Positions 50,860-60,817 of a stretch of 64,000 nt of DNA are shown here, in pieces. A program made the translations under genes and the position numbers. The notes beneath the pieces are model-generated. The model had not been told where the DNA came from, ran no database searches, and saw only the letters and a list, made by a program, of their open reading frames with translations. Source of the DNA: an uncultured Elusimicrobia bacterium (GTDB taxonomy: Bacteria > Elusimicrobiota > Endomicrobiia > DTEH01); NCBI GenBank assembly GCA_964561135.1, contig CAZLOB010000022.1:5718-69717 (forward strand). Reading direction: 5' to 3'. The stretch's first letter is position 1; each line of letters opens with the position of its first letter.

Positions 50860-51606
50860 TTAAACTTTTGTAATAATGGAAAGTAAGCGGTAAGAAGTGG
50901 CATTTTTTCTAAAAGAAAAGAAAAGGTCATCATGAAAAGTACAAAAACCAGTGTTAATAATCTGCTGTTTTGAAAAACCGAAATTTAAAAGTTTTTTAAA
51001 AAGTATATCAAATAAAGAAAATTTCTCCCCATCTACATAATAACAATTCCCGCAAATATGAGGGCCTGCTATAAATAGAGTATCTTTTAAAGAAAAAGAA
51101 AGAGTATTTAGTTTCTCAAAAAGACATTCTATTATACCTTTTTGCAATCCTATTCTTCCAATATGAACAAGTCCAAACCAGCTGTTTTCTATATCCACAA
51201 CAAATAAAGGGATACAATCGGCTGTAAAAATAGCAATAATTTCTTTATTATTTTTAGAAATTATGCCATCTGTATGTAGAATTATTTTATAGTCAACCAC
51301 AAAATTTTTGAATTGTAGTTTACCAAAATAACCTTCAAAATCTGACTGATTGGTTTCTATTATTTTATTATCGTGTATTTGCTCGCACATTACCACAACT
51401 TTGTTTAAAAATATACTTGGATATTTAGTAGCAAAAGAGTACAAAGAAAGGGTTTTTTCTTTAGAAATAAAAGGGATAAAAGGAATAGACAAGTTAGCTT
51501 CTTTGGTTTCAGATATTAAATTCTTTGTTGTAGTAAGTAACAAAAAATCTTTTATTTTAAAAGATATATAATCACAATTTTCTTCATAGCTAATCATTTT
51601 CCACAA
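50860..51606 (-). CDS. pgeF: YfiH/PgeF-family (DUF152) purine nucleoside phosphorylase / peptidoglycan editing factor
   Basis: Family motifs TADCIPLFVVD, HIGRIG and HICGNCY. Confidence 0.8.
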   Translation of the reverse strand: MWKMISYEENCDYISFKIKDFLLLTTTKNLISETKEANLSIPFIPFISKEKTLSLYSFATKYPSIFLNKVVVMCEQIHDNKIIETNQSDFEGYFGKLQFKNFVVDYKIILHTDGIISKNNKEIIAIFTADCIPLFVVDIENSWFGLVHIGRIGLQKGIIECLFEKLNTLSFSLKDTLFIAGPHICGNCYYVDGEKFSLFDILFKKLLNFGFSKQQIINTGFCTFHDDLFFSFRKNATSYRLLSIITKV

Positions 51607-51613
51607 ATTCTTC

Positions 51614-52735
51614 TTAAAAACGTTCTATTATATGAGATGGCCCTCCTCCTGATTCTATACCTTTTATTGCTAACATAAGTTCCTCTGGACTTGAAGCTGC
51701 TTGTAACGCATCTTCTAACGATACTAATCCTTTTTTGAATAATTCTAACAATGCTTGGTTAAATGTTTGCATACCGTAAATTTTTCCTTGTTTCATCAAG
51801 TTTATAATATCACCCAAATTTTTTTCTTCTATACATTTTTTAACAGCTGGAGTAACTACCAAAACTTCTACTGCAGGAATTAACCCTTTTTTATCTTTTC
51901 TTGGTAGCAATCTTTGAGAAATAATACCTTTTAAAGTATCGGCAAGTTGTAAACGTACTTGGTTCTGTTGGTGTGGTGGAAATATATCTATTATTCTATT
52001 TATTGTTTGAACTGCATCAACAGTGTGAACTGTTGAAAGAACAAGATGGCCAAGTTGTGCTGCAGTAAGTGCAGCTTGCATTGTTTCAAGATCTCTCATC
52101 TCTCCAATTAAAATTACATCCGGATTTTGTCTAACAACATGTCTTAATGCTGAAACAAAAGATGTTGTATCATAAGGCACTTCTCTTTGTGATATAATCG
52201 ACTTTTTATCTTTATATACAAACTCTATAGGATCCTCAATCGTTATAATATGTGCAGGACGTGTAGAATTGATATAATCGATCATACATGCAAGTGTTGT
52301 TGATTTTCCTGAGCCTGCAGGCCCTGTAACAAGAATAAACCCACGGACATTCTCTGCAAGTTTATAAACGACTTCCGGCAAATTTAGTTCTTCTCTATTT
52401 GGTATTTGGAAAGGTATACGTCTTATAGCTATATTTATTACACCACGTTGATAAAATATATTCATTCTTAAACGAGCAATATTCTCAAAATTGTATCCTA
52501 TATCACACTCTTTCTCTAATTCAAACCTTTTTTGTTGTTGTGGCGTAGTTATATAAAGAACAAAATTTTCAATATCTTCTTTAGAAAGTATAAATTGTTG
52601 ATCTTCAATTGGCTGTAATATTCCATTTATTCTAACATATGGTACACATTCACTTCTTAAATGTAGATCGCTAGCATTAGTTTCCAAAAATTTTCTTATT
52701 ATATTAAATATTTTTTCAATATTTTTATCACTCAT
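51614..52735 (-). CDS. pilT: PilT-family type IV pilus retraction ATPase
   Basis: ASDLHL N-terminal motif, Walker A GPAGSGKST, the GEMRD Asp box and the His box TVHT. Confidence 0.9.
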   Translation of the reverse strand: MSDKNIEKIFNIIRKFLETNASDLHLRSECVPYVRINGILQPIEDQQFILSKEDIENFVLYITTPQQQKRFELEKECDIGYNFENIARLRMNIFYQRGVINIAIRRIPFQIPNREELNLPEVVYKLAENVRGFILVTGPAGSGKSTTLACMIDYINSTRPAHIITIEDPIEFVYKDKKSIISQREVPYDTTSFVSALRHVVRQNPDVILIGEMRDLETMQAALTAAQLGHLVLSTVHTVDAVQTINRIIDIFPPHQQNQVRLQLADTLKGIISQRLLPRKDKKGLIPAVEVLVVTPAVKKCIEEKNLGDIINLMKQGKIYGMQTFNQALLELFKKGLVSLEDALQAASSPEELMLAIKGIESGGGPSHIIERF

Positions 52736-52738
52736 AAA

Positions 52739-53851
52739 CTACCTCAACACACGTAATTTACCAGTTCTAAAAAACTTTTGTTGGATTTCTTTTTCTTCTA
52801 AAATAGCATCTTCTTTATCTACAACTATTTCGGTTTTGGTACGTAACGATCTTAATGTTTTTTTAGATTTTGTTTTTTCAACCATTTGGAACCCACTTGC
52901 GATAATCGTAACTTCAACTTTATCTTCAAAATCATTAGAATTTACATATCCTATATAAGTCACGACTTCTTTATCCATATAATGTTGTAAATATTCAAAC
53001 GCATTATAAACATCGTGCCCTGTTATATTTTTCCCACAAATATTTACTAACAAATTTTTTGCACTACGAATATCAAATTCTATAAATGGATTATTCATAG
53101 CATTTTTTATTGCTTTTTTTAAACAGCTTTCAGCACTTGCTTTTTCTACACCATACGACATAATTATCTGGCCTGCATTTTTTAATACATTTCTTGCATC
53201 AGCATAATCAACATTGACATACCCTGGTTGTGTCACAACTTTCCACATACTTAACACCGCTTTGTGTAAAACATCATCTGCTAATCTATATAAAACTTCA
53301 CCAAAACTTAAATTAGGATACATTTCTAAAAATTTATTGTTTGGTATAGTCAATAAAGCATCAACATATTTTTTTAATTCTGTGATTCCTGTAATTGCAT
53401 TATCCATTCTTATTTTTCCTTCGAAGTCGAAAGGTTTTGTTACAACAGCCACTGTTAAAACACCCAATTCTTTAGCCACTCTTGCAATAACAGGTGTTGC
53501 ACCAGTCCCCGTCCCTTTCCCCATACCACAGGTTAAAAACACCATATCTGTATGTGTCAATAAGTCACGAATTATATCTATTGATTCTTCCGCAGCCTGT
53601 TTCCCAACAAGCGGATCTCCTCCAGACCCTTGTCCTTTTGTAGTTTTTGGACCTATATGTATAACAATTGGCGCTTTTGACTCTTTTAAAGCTTGCAGAT
53701 CTGTGTTGATAGCGATCATTTCTACAGAAGGATCAATAAGACCAGCAGTAGCGATTCTATTTATAGCGTTCCCTCCTGCACCACCAATCCCCATTATTTT
53801 TATTCTTACAGGATATTTTTTTGTAACAATATTGTCATCCATAGAAATCAC
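52739..53851 (-). CDS. ftsZ: cell division protein FtsZ
   Basis: GIGGAGGNAINR, NTDLQAL, GMGKGTGTGATPV, VVTKPFDFEG and NVDYAD. The conserved ftsQ-ftsA-ftsZ order is present. Confidence 0.95.
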   Translation of the reverse strand: MISMDDNIVTKKYPVRIKIMGIGGAGGNAINRIATAGLIDPSVEMIAINTDLQALKESKAPIVIHIGPKTTKGQGSGGDPLVGKQAAEESIDIIRDLLTHTDMVFLTCGMGKGTGTGATPVIARVAKELGVLTVAVVTKPFDFEGKIRMDNAITGITELKKYVDALLTIPNNKFLEMYPNLSFGEVLYRLADDVLHKAVLSMWKVVTQPGYVNVDYADARNVLKNAGQIIMSYGVEKASAESCLKKAIKNAMNNPFIEFDIRSAKNLLVNICGKNITGHDVYNAFEYLQHYMDKEVVTYIGYVNSNDFEDKVEVTIIASGFQMVEKTKSKKTLRSLRTKTEIVVDKEDAILEEKEIQQKFFRTGKLRVLR

Positions 53852-55143
53852 TCCCCAAAAAAACTCCAGATTTTACGAAAGAAACCTTTTATCCCTTTTG
53901 ACTGTTTTTTCCCTTTAAAAGGTTTTTTTTGACTTTCTATTTCGTATTTTATCAAACTTATTGAAGTAGTATAAGAAAAATTAGAAATAATATCTTCATC
54001 TCCCACAATAGAACTCTCCATACCTACATTTCCTGCACGAACATCAATACTTTCTTCAAGATCACTATATTCACTTTTTAACAACTCACGTAACGCGTCA
54101 GTAATACCCACCAAATTTCCCCCACCACCTGCTAAAACAACATCTCCATACTGTAGTGCTAACTCAACATAATGAATTTTTTTCAACTCGGGGATAACAA
54201 TGTCTAAAAAAATCTTTTCAATAACTTCAGCAATAATTTTTGCTATTTCTTTTTTTGTTGTAGTTCTAATATTTTTACCATCTCTGGATGGTATCTCAAC
54301 TTGTTCATCTTTTTTCACTGATGACGGTTGTGCAACACCATAACGACGTTTTATATTCTCTGCTACATTCCAAGATGTTTTATAATAAGCTGCAATTTCT
54401 CTCGTTATAAGGTCCGCTCCTAAATCAATATCTTTACTTTGAAACTCTCTACAATATCTTATGCATCCACCTAAATATACCACAGTCCCTATTGATTGTC
54501 CACCAAAATCTATTACTAAACAACCTAAATTACGTTCTTCAGCTTCCGTAACCAACTGTGCTAAAGAAATTAAACCATAATGTAAATTATCAATTACATA
54601 ACCAGCTTCCGTAAAAGTTCGTTCTATGTTCCTTATAAAACTTGAATATCCAACAATTGCATAAGCTTTTACTTCTAGAATACTTCCTTCCATATTAACA
54701 GGATTTGAAATTCCAGGTTGACCATCGATAATATACTCTTGAGGTATAATATTCATTATTAAACGATCATTCGAAATTCTTAAATTTTTTACTGCATGTT
54801 CAATAACTTTTTCTTGATCTTCAAAAGTAATTGTTCGATCAGTTGAGGTAATAGGAATTTGTGCTGAAGTTTCATAAGTACTTACAAACGGCCCTCTCAC
54901 ACCAACAATAAGTTTTGTCCTTTCAACTTTTGCCATATCTTCTAATGATGAAATCAACTCGTTTATAAGAGCAGCACTTCTCTCAATATCTTTAATTACA
55001 CCTGCAGAAATTGCTTCTTTATCGACTAACTGTTTACCTGCAATAATTTCTATAATTTCTTGTTCAGGATCGTACTTTCCTAAAACACCTGTAACACAAC
55101 CTGAACCTATATCAACCCCACAATAAATTTCTTCTTTTGGCAT
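53848..55143 (-). CDS. ftsA: cell division protein FtsA
   Basis: Actin-fold motifs (GVDIGSG, DFGGQS, LAGGGG) and a C-terminal amphipathic helix (GIKGFFRKIWSFF). Confidence 0.9.
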   Translation of the reverse strand: MPKEEIYCGVDIGSGCVTGVLGKYDPEQEIIEIIAGKQLVDKEAISAGVIKDIERSAALINELISSLEDMAKVERTKLIVGVRGPFVSTYETSAQIPITSTDRTITFEDQEKVIEHAVKNLRISNDRLIMNIIPQEYIIDGQPGISNPVNMEGSILEVKAYAIVGYSSFIRNIERTFTEAGYVIDNLHYGLISLAQLVTEAEERNLGCLVIDFGGQSIGTVVYLGGCIRYCREFQSKDIDLGADLITREIAAYYKTSWNVAENIKRRYGVAQPSSVKKDEQVEIPSRDGKNIRTTTKKEIAKIIAEVIEKIFLDIVIPELKKIHYVELALQYGDVVLAGGGGNLVGITDALRELLKSEYSDLEESIDVRAGNVGMESSIVGDEDIISNFSYTTSISLIKYEIESQKKPFKGKKQSKGIKGFFRKIWSFFGE

Positions 55144-55199
55144 TTTTATTCTCCAAAAAAGAAATTATTTAAAATTTTTAAATATAAAATTATTAAGTT

Positions 55200-55970
55200 T
55201 TATTCAATATATGCCTTTCCATAGGATAATAACTGTGTATAAATTCTTGTGTTTTTATCAAATTTATATTTTATCAATTTAGATAGCATCTCTTTTTTTA
55301 CATTCTCAAATTTTTTGTCAACAATAAAATAAAGAATACAATTATCTTCCTCTCCACGGACACAAACAACATATTTATTGTTTTCTTTTCTAATTTTTTC
55401 AACTTTATCCCAAACATTAGCTTCACTAAATTTTTGATAGATAATCTTTAATGTTGGAATATCCACTTCGCCTTCTATATATGGCAGTTTAGCTAAATTA
55501 ATTTTTCTAGCATCATAAACTTTATACCATTTTATATCACTGGACAGAAACAAAATTCCATCATCAATTCCCTTTTTGTAACCTATTGGAGAAAAAGTAT
55601 GAATTTTAATTTTTAAAGGTTTTGTTGGAAAAAACATAATTTTTATCTCTTTAATTTCAGGAAAAACTTTTTGTAGTTTAAGAATATTTTTTTTATAATT
55701 AAAAACATCAAGATGTTCCGCATTTAGTTGTTTATAAATAATTTCGTCTGGTACTGTTGATTTGTTCTCGCATAAGTATACTTTTTGTATTTTAAAAACT
55801 TCATACTTAAAAACTTCATACAAAGATTTAACTTTACTTATTTTATAAACAACAAAAATCAAAATTGTTAAACAAGCTGTAGCCAATAAAAATCTGAAAA
55901 CAATTTTAAATTTTTTCTTTTTCTTATTTTTTTTCTTTACCAAAATGTTGAATGAATAATATCTACTCAT
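55200..55970 (-). CDS. ftsQ: cell division protein FtsQ/DivIB-like
   Basis: A basic N-terminus, a single TM helix and a POTRA-like region. Its position between ddl and ftsA supports the call, but sequence similarity is weak. Confidence 0.7.
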   Translation of the reverse strand: MSRYYSFNILVKKKNKKKKKFKIVFRFLLATACLTILIFVVYKISKVKSLYEVFKYEVFKIQKVYLCENKSTVPDEIIYKQLNAEHLDVFNYKKNILKLQKVFPEIKEIKIMFFPTKPLKIKIHTFSPIGYKKGIDDGILFLSSDIKWYKVYDARKINLAKLPYIEGEVDIPTLKIIYQKFSEANVWDKVEKIRKENNKYVVCVRGEEDNCILYFIVDKKFENVKKEMLSKLIKYKFDKNTRIYTQLLSYGKAYIE

Positions 55971-56925
55971 ATTTTTTAAATGACACGAAGACTATTTTTC
56001 TTACAAGCTCAGCAAAAGATATACCTTGATACTTAGCAGCTTCAGGCAATAAAGATGTCTCAGTCATACCAGGGACAGTGTTTACTTCTAACACATATGG
56101 TATTTTTTTTCTTTCATCAAAAATAGTATCTACTCTGCACAAAATTTCACACCCTATTAATTTTGCAGTTTTCAAAGCAATATTTTTAATTTTTTCATAT
56201 GAAATTTTATCAATTCTTGGTGGTATTAAATGTTGTGATCCCCCAGGCTGATATTTTGATTTATAGTCATAAAATCTGTTTAACTTTGGGATGATTTCTA
56301 TCAAAGGTAAAACTTCACCATCTAAAATAGGGACAGTTATTTCTTTTCCATTTATAAATTTTTCTATAATAATAACATTATCATACTTTAACGCATTTTT
56401 TACTGCAGGAATTAAATTTTTGTAATTATTCACGATAGAAGTGCCAATAGTTGAACCCTCACGTGCAGGTTTCACTACTAATGGAAAACCAAAATTTTTT
56501 TCTTTAACGAAATAAAAATTTTTTTCATCAATATCTTTTTTAATTTTAGAAAAGTTTAATACTTTAAAATCAGGTGTGGGTATTCCGTTATCTTTTAATA
56601 AAAGTTTTGTAAGATATTTATTCATTCCTATCATTGACGCTTCAACACCACAACCAGTATATTTAAGCCCTATATTCTCAAGTAACATTTGCAATTTACC
56701 ATCTTCACCAAATTTTCCATGTAATGCTATAAAAATAATATCGACTTTTTTCTTTTTTAATTTAAGTAATTGATTTACACAATGTTCTTTTTTAATATCA
56801 ATTAAAGAAACTTTAAAATCCTGCCATTTAGATAAGTTGTTAAACACAGCTTTACCAGTTTTCAAACTTATTTCTCGTTCAGAAGAGAAGCCACCACACA
56901 GTACCGCTATTTTGATCTTCCTCAT
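55963..56925 (-). CDS. ddl: D-alanine--D-alanine ligase
   Basis: ATP-grasp enzyme with the CGGFSSEREISL, ALHGKFGEDG and EVNTVPGMT motifs. Confidence 0.9.
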   Translation of the reverse strand: MRKIKIAVLCGGFSSEREISLKTGKAVFNNLSKWQDFKVSLIDIKKEHCVNQLLKLKKKKVDIIFIALHGKFGEDGKLQMLLENIGLKYTGCGVEASMIGMNKYLTKLLLKDNGIPTPDFKVLNFSKIKKDIDEKNFYFVKEKNFGFPLVVKPAREGSTIGTSIVNNYKNLIPAVKNALKYDNVIIIEKFINGKEITVPILDGEVLPLIEIIPKLNRFYDYKSKYQPGGSQHLIPPRIDKISYEKIKNIALKTAKLIGCEILCRVDTIFDERKKIPYVLEVNTVPGMTETSLLPEAAKYQGISFAELVRKIVFVSFKKYE

Positions 56926-57854
56926 TATAACTCTACCCCAACAAAAGTTATTTCAGGCTGAAGTTCAATTTTATATTTTTCTTTCACAACTTTGATAATA
57001 TGCCGGATAAGATTTACAAAATCTTCACAAGTAGCATTATTTTTGTTTATAATAAAATTTGCATGTTTTTCTGAAACACAAGCCCCACCAATTGAAAAAC
57101 CTTTTAGTCCAGCAGATTCTATTAACTTTGCAGCAGTAAGTTCTGTTTCATATGGATTTTTAAAGATACAGCCAGCGTTAAAAGTACCTAAAGGTTGTGT
57201 CTGTATACGTTGAAGTAAAGCTTCGTTAAGCCGTTTTTTAATTAATTCTTTATCTTCTTTTTTAAGGCGAAAATGAGCAGATACAACTACATACTTGTTT
57301 TGTAACCCACTATTTCTGTATCCAAAATCTATCTGTTCTTTATACAATTTTATTATTCCTTGTTCAGGATCATCAATTTTAACAACTTCAATATATTCTA
57401 AACAATCAGATATTGTAGCTGTTTTTGTTCCAGCATTCATTATTATAGCGCCACCAACACTACCCGGTATTCCAAAAAGTTCTTCTAATCCAGATAAAGA
57501 ATGTTCTACAGTTGTATTTATCAATGAAGGTAACATCGTGGCTGAATATGCAATAACTTTTTCTTCTTCTATATTTACTGTAGAAAAATCTTTCTTTAGT
57601 TTAATTACAACACCATCAAAACCTTTGTCAGAAACTAACAAGTTTGACCCTGCACCAATGACAAAAATTTTTTCGTTATAAAATTTTATTATGGATAAAA
57701 CATCAATAAGTTGCGATATATTTTCTACATAGACAAAATATTTCGCAGGACCACCTATGTTTAATGTTGTGTGTTTATTTAACTTTTCATTAAGAACTAC
57801 ATTAATATTATGTTTTTTAAATGTTGTTATTATCTTATCTCCCATAATATTCAA
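56925..57854 (-). CDS. murB: UDP-N-acetylenolpyruvoylglucosamine reductase
   Basis: FAD-binding domain (TLNIGGPA, GAGSNLL) and a GCIFKNP-type motif in the C-terminal domain. Confidence 0.9.
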   Translation of the reverse strand: MNIMGDKIITTFKKHNINVVLNEKLNKHTTLNIGGPAKYFVYVENISQLIDVLSIIKFYNEKIFVIGAGSNLLVSDKGFDGVVIKLKKDFSTVNIEEEKVIAYSATMLPSLINTTVEHSLSGLEELFGIPGSVGGAIIMNAGTKTATISDCLEYIEVVKIDDPEQGIIKLYKEQIDFGYRNSGLQNKYVVVSAHFRLKKEDKELIKKRLNEALLQRIQTQPLGTFNAGCIFKNPYETELTAAKLIESAGLKGFSIGGACVSEKHANFIINKNNATCEDFVNLIRHIIKVVKEKYKIELQPEITFVGVEL

Positions 57855-59223
57855 TTAATTTATCTGCAATTTTGTATACATCACCTGCACCTAAAGTTAA
57901 AACAACGCTATCTTCAGCTAAATTTTTTAGATAGTTTACCAATCTGTCAAAATTATACATTTCAACATTATAACCATTTTTTACAAACTCGTCATATACT
58001 AATTTTATATTCACTCCTTCTATTGGTTTTTCATTAGCAGGATATATTTGTACAAGGAAAACTTTATCTTTATGTGAAAAAGCTTTCGGAAATTCTTTAT
58101 AAAGAAGTTGTGTACGTGTGTATCTATGTGGTTGGAAAACAACAACTATTTTTTTATTATTTGTTTTTATTCTTAATGTTTGAAGAGTATAATAAATTTC
58201 GGTTGGATGATGACCATAATCATCATAAACATCAATTACCTTATCATCAATAGCTATTTGCCCTTTAAATTCAATTCTACGTTTTATACCATCAAAACTT
58301 TCCAAAGCAGATTTTATATCTGAAAAATTAAACCCGCAAACAATACCTAAAGAAATTGTTGCTAACGCGTTCAATACGTTATGAATACCAGTCGTATTTA
58401 ACAATACTTTCCCTACCAATTTGTCATTTTTATATACTACAAACCTTGAAAAATTTGGTTTTAACTCAATATTTTTTGCAACAAAGTCATTGTTTCCATT
58501 TTTTATTCCATAAGTGTAATATTTTCTTTTAATTTTAGGTAATAACGAACAAATTCTTTTATCATCTCCATAAAGAATACTAAAGCCATAAAACGGAACA
58601 GAATTGAAATGTTGTAAAAACGCTTGTTTTAGATTATTCATAGATCCATAGTTGTCTAAATGGTCATTATCTATATTTGTGCAAACAACAATATAAGGTG
58701 ACAGATGTAAAAAAGAGCCATCACTTTCATCCGCTTCAACAACAATAAATTTACCCTTTCCAATTTTTGCTGACGAACCAATGTTTTTTAATATCCCACC
58801 GACAACTATTGTGGGATCATATCCACATTGTTGTAGTAGTAATCCTATCATTGAAGTTGTTGTTGTTTTTCCATGTGTACCACAAATACTTATTGTATAT
58901 TTCATTCTTGCAATTTCTACTAACATTTCAATACGAGGAATCACAGGAATGTTTCTTTTCTTTGCAGCAACTATTTCAGGATTATTCTCTTTTATTGCCG
59001 TGGAATAAACAACAACATCTACATCATTAACATTAGTAGCTTTATGGCCAATAAAAACTTTTGCACCTAATTTTTTTAATCTCTCTATCACGACAGAATT
59101 TTTTATATCAGACCCTGAAACTTGATATCCCAAATTAAGCAAAACTTCTGCGATACTGCTCATCCCACTGCCACCAATACCAATAAGATGTACTTTTTTT
59201 ACTTTATTAAATATTTCCTCCAT
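57835..59223 (-). CDS. murC: UDP-N-acetylmuramate--L-alanine ligase
   Basis: GIGGSGMS, GTHGKTTTT and full-length Mur ligase architecture. Confidence 0.95.
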   Translation of the reverse strand: MEEIFNKVKKVHLIGIGGSGMSSIAEVLLNLGYQVSGSDIKNSVVIERLKKLGAKVFIGHKATNVNDVDVVVYSTAIKENNPEIVAAKKRNIPVIPRIEMLVEIARMKYTISICGTHGKTTTTSMIGLLLQQCGYDPTIVVGGILKNIGSSAKIGKGKFIVVEADESDGSFLHLSPYIVVCTNIDNDHLDNYGSMNNLKQAFLQHFNSVPFYGFSILYGDDKRICSLLPKIKRKYYTYGIKNGNNDFVAKNIELKPNFSRFVVYKNDKLVGKVLLNTTGIHNVLNALATISLGIVCGFNFSDIKSALESFDGIKRRIEFKGQIAIDDKVIDVYDDYGHHPTEIYYTLQTLRIKTNNKKIVVVFQPHRYTRTQLLYKEFPKAFSHKDKVFLVQIYPANEKPIEGVNIKLVYDEFVKNGYNVEMYNFDRLVNYLKNLAEDSVVLTLGAGDVYKIADKLIEYYGR

Positions 59224-59225
59224 TT

Positions 59226-59624
59226 TTATTTTGACTCTCTTTTAACTATAGTTTTAATACCACCACGAAGGTTAAACTCAAGTTCTACATACAACCATTT
59301 TGGTTTTAACAATTTATTTAAATCTTCAAAAATTTGGTTCACTGCGGACTCGTGTACAATATGTACATTGCGATAACTTTGAATGTAATACTTTAGAGAC
59401 TTTAACTCAACACATACTTTATTTGGTACATATTTTATTCTAAGTGTTGCAAAATCGGGAAGGTTATTCCATGGACATAAACATGTAAATTCTTGCGTTT
59501 CAATTTCTATTGTTATATCTTTCCCTTTATATTCGTATTCTAGTGGTATTAACAACTCTGGCGAAATTTTATCAAATTTCACTGACAAATTCTTTATTCT
59601 ATCATATAATTCTACTTTTTTCAT
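59226..59624 (-). CDS. queF: NADPH-dependent 7-cyano-7-deazaguanine (preQ0) reductase, unimodular type
   Basis: Catalytic Cys context [13 protein letters not shown] and the QueF motif ELKSLKYY. The start overlaps the upstream stop as TAATG. Confidence 0.85.
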   Translation of the reverse strand: MKKVELYDRIKNLSVKFDKISPELLIPLEYEYKGKDITIEIETQEFTCLCPWNNLPDFATLRIKYVPNKVCVELKSLKYYIQSYRNVHIVHESAVNQIFEDLNKLLKPKWLYVELEFNLRGGIKTIVKRESK

Positions 59625-60817
59625 TAATTAAAAATTTCTGTTACAATAAATTTTAAATATTCTGTTTCATCTTTCATCGGAAAATATATAGGATGATCTT
59701 CTGATTGTGTCCCATAATATATTATAAAACCTTTTTGTTCGTTTTTCAACATAGAAGATAAAATCAACTCTTCTATATCTTCCAACGAAATGTGTCTACT
59801 GCACACAGAAAAAGCTAAAAGTCCGTTGTTTGTTAACAATTTCATAATCTGTGATAAGACAAATTTATATTTCTTTTTTGCAGGATTAACATCTTTATCA
59901 GATTTTGCATATGATGGTGGATCAAAAATTATTAAATCAAACTTTGTTTTATTCTCTTGGATGAAATCTTCAATTTTTGCGCAAACAAACTCAACTTTGA
60001 CTTTATTTATTTTAGCATTTTCTTTTGCAAGTTCTATCGCATATGAAGACGAATCTACACCAATAACATTCTTGCAACCTGATAAAGCACAAATTACACC
60101 AAATGAACCTGTATAACAGCATAAATCAAGAACATTTTTATCATTAGCGATACAAGATATATATTTTCTGTTTTCAAATTGATCATAATAAAAACCTGTT
60201 TTTTGCCCATTTAAAACATCAACAACAAATTTTGCATTCAAATGTTCAATAACAGTTATTAATTCATTAGTAATTTTATTTTTTGAATAAACAACTTCTT
60301 TATATTTTGGTGCGACTTCAAGTTCTCGTTGGTAAATATCGTTGTTTACAACAATAAATTTTGGATTAAAAATATCTATTAAACAACTAAAAATTTCGTT
60401 TTTAAACAACTCCATTGCATAAGAAAAAAACTGTATAACAAAAATATCTCCGTATCTATCTATTACTACACCCGGTAAAAAATCACTCTCTCCATAAACA
60501 ATTCTACAGTACTTTATATTTATTCCATACTTCTTTCTTCTTTCTATTGCATTCTTTATTCTTTTATAAAAAAAATCTTTATTGATTTTTTCCTCTCTTC
60601 TTTGTGAAAGAATACGAATAGAAATTAAAGAATGTGGATTATATACACCTTTACACAAAAAATTATCTTTGTGATCATATACTTCGACAAAAGAAATTTG
60701 TTTTGTTAAGTTTTTATGTTCAATTTCATTAGAAAAAATCCATAAGTATCCATTTTTAACTCTGTTTTTAAATTGTTTTGAAACTTTAATTTTTATAGGT
60801 TCAACATAATTATTCAT
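59624..60817 (-). CDS. RlmI-like PUA-domain class I SAM-dependent (cytosine-C5) RNA methyltransferase
   Basis: N-terminal PUA-like region, the QKTGFYYDQ motif, FDPPSY and a catalytic-type Cys (SVCS). At about 397 aa it matches RlmI/RlmK-type enzymes. Confidence 0.8.
   Translation of the reverse strand: MNNYVEPIKIKVSKQFKNRVKNGYLWIFSNEIEHKNLTKQISFVEVYDHKDNFLCKGVYNPHSLISIRILSQRREEKINKDFFYKRIKNAIERRKKYGINIKYCRIVYGESDFLPGVVIDRYGDIFVIQFFSYAMELFKNEIFSCLIDIFNPKFIVVNNDIYQRELEVAPKYKEVVYSKNKITNELITVIEHLNAKFVVDVLNGQKTGFYYDQFENRKYISCIANDKNVLDLCCYTGSFGVICALSGCKNVIGVDSSSYAIELAKENAKINKVKVEFVCAKIEDFIQENKTKFDLIIFDPPSYAKSDKDVNPAKKKYKFVLSQIMKLLTNNGLLAFSVCSRHISLEDIEELILSSMLKNEQKGFIIYYGTQSEDHPIYFPMKDETEYLKFIVTEIFN

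Noticed and set aside
50829-50861. A hairpin (8-bp stem, 17-nt loop) after the pgeF stop codon, as a possible rho-independent terminator.
   Set aside because: The stem has only 2 G:C pairs, the loop is large and the T-tract is interrupted (TTACAATTTTT). That is too weak to call as a feature. I mention it only under the spacer finding.
53214-53918. A 234-aa plus-strand ORF antisense to ftsZ, plus a 79-aa ORF at 53693-53932.
   Set aside because: It is a shadow ORF on the opposite strand of a highly conserved, relatively GC- and Gly/Ala-codon-rich gene. The translation is low-complexity (P/I/F/T-rich), with no recognisable family, RBS or start context.
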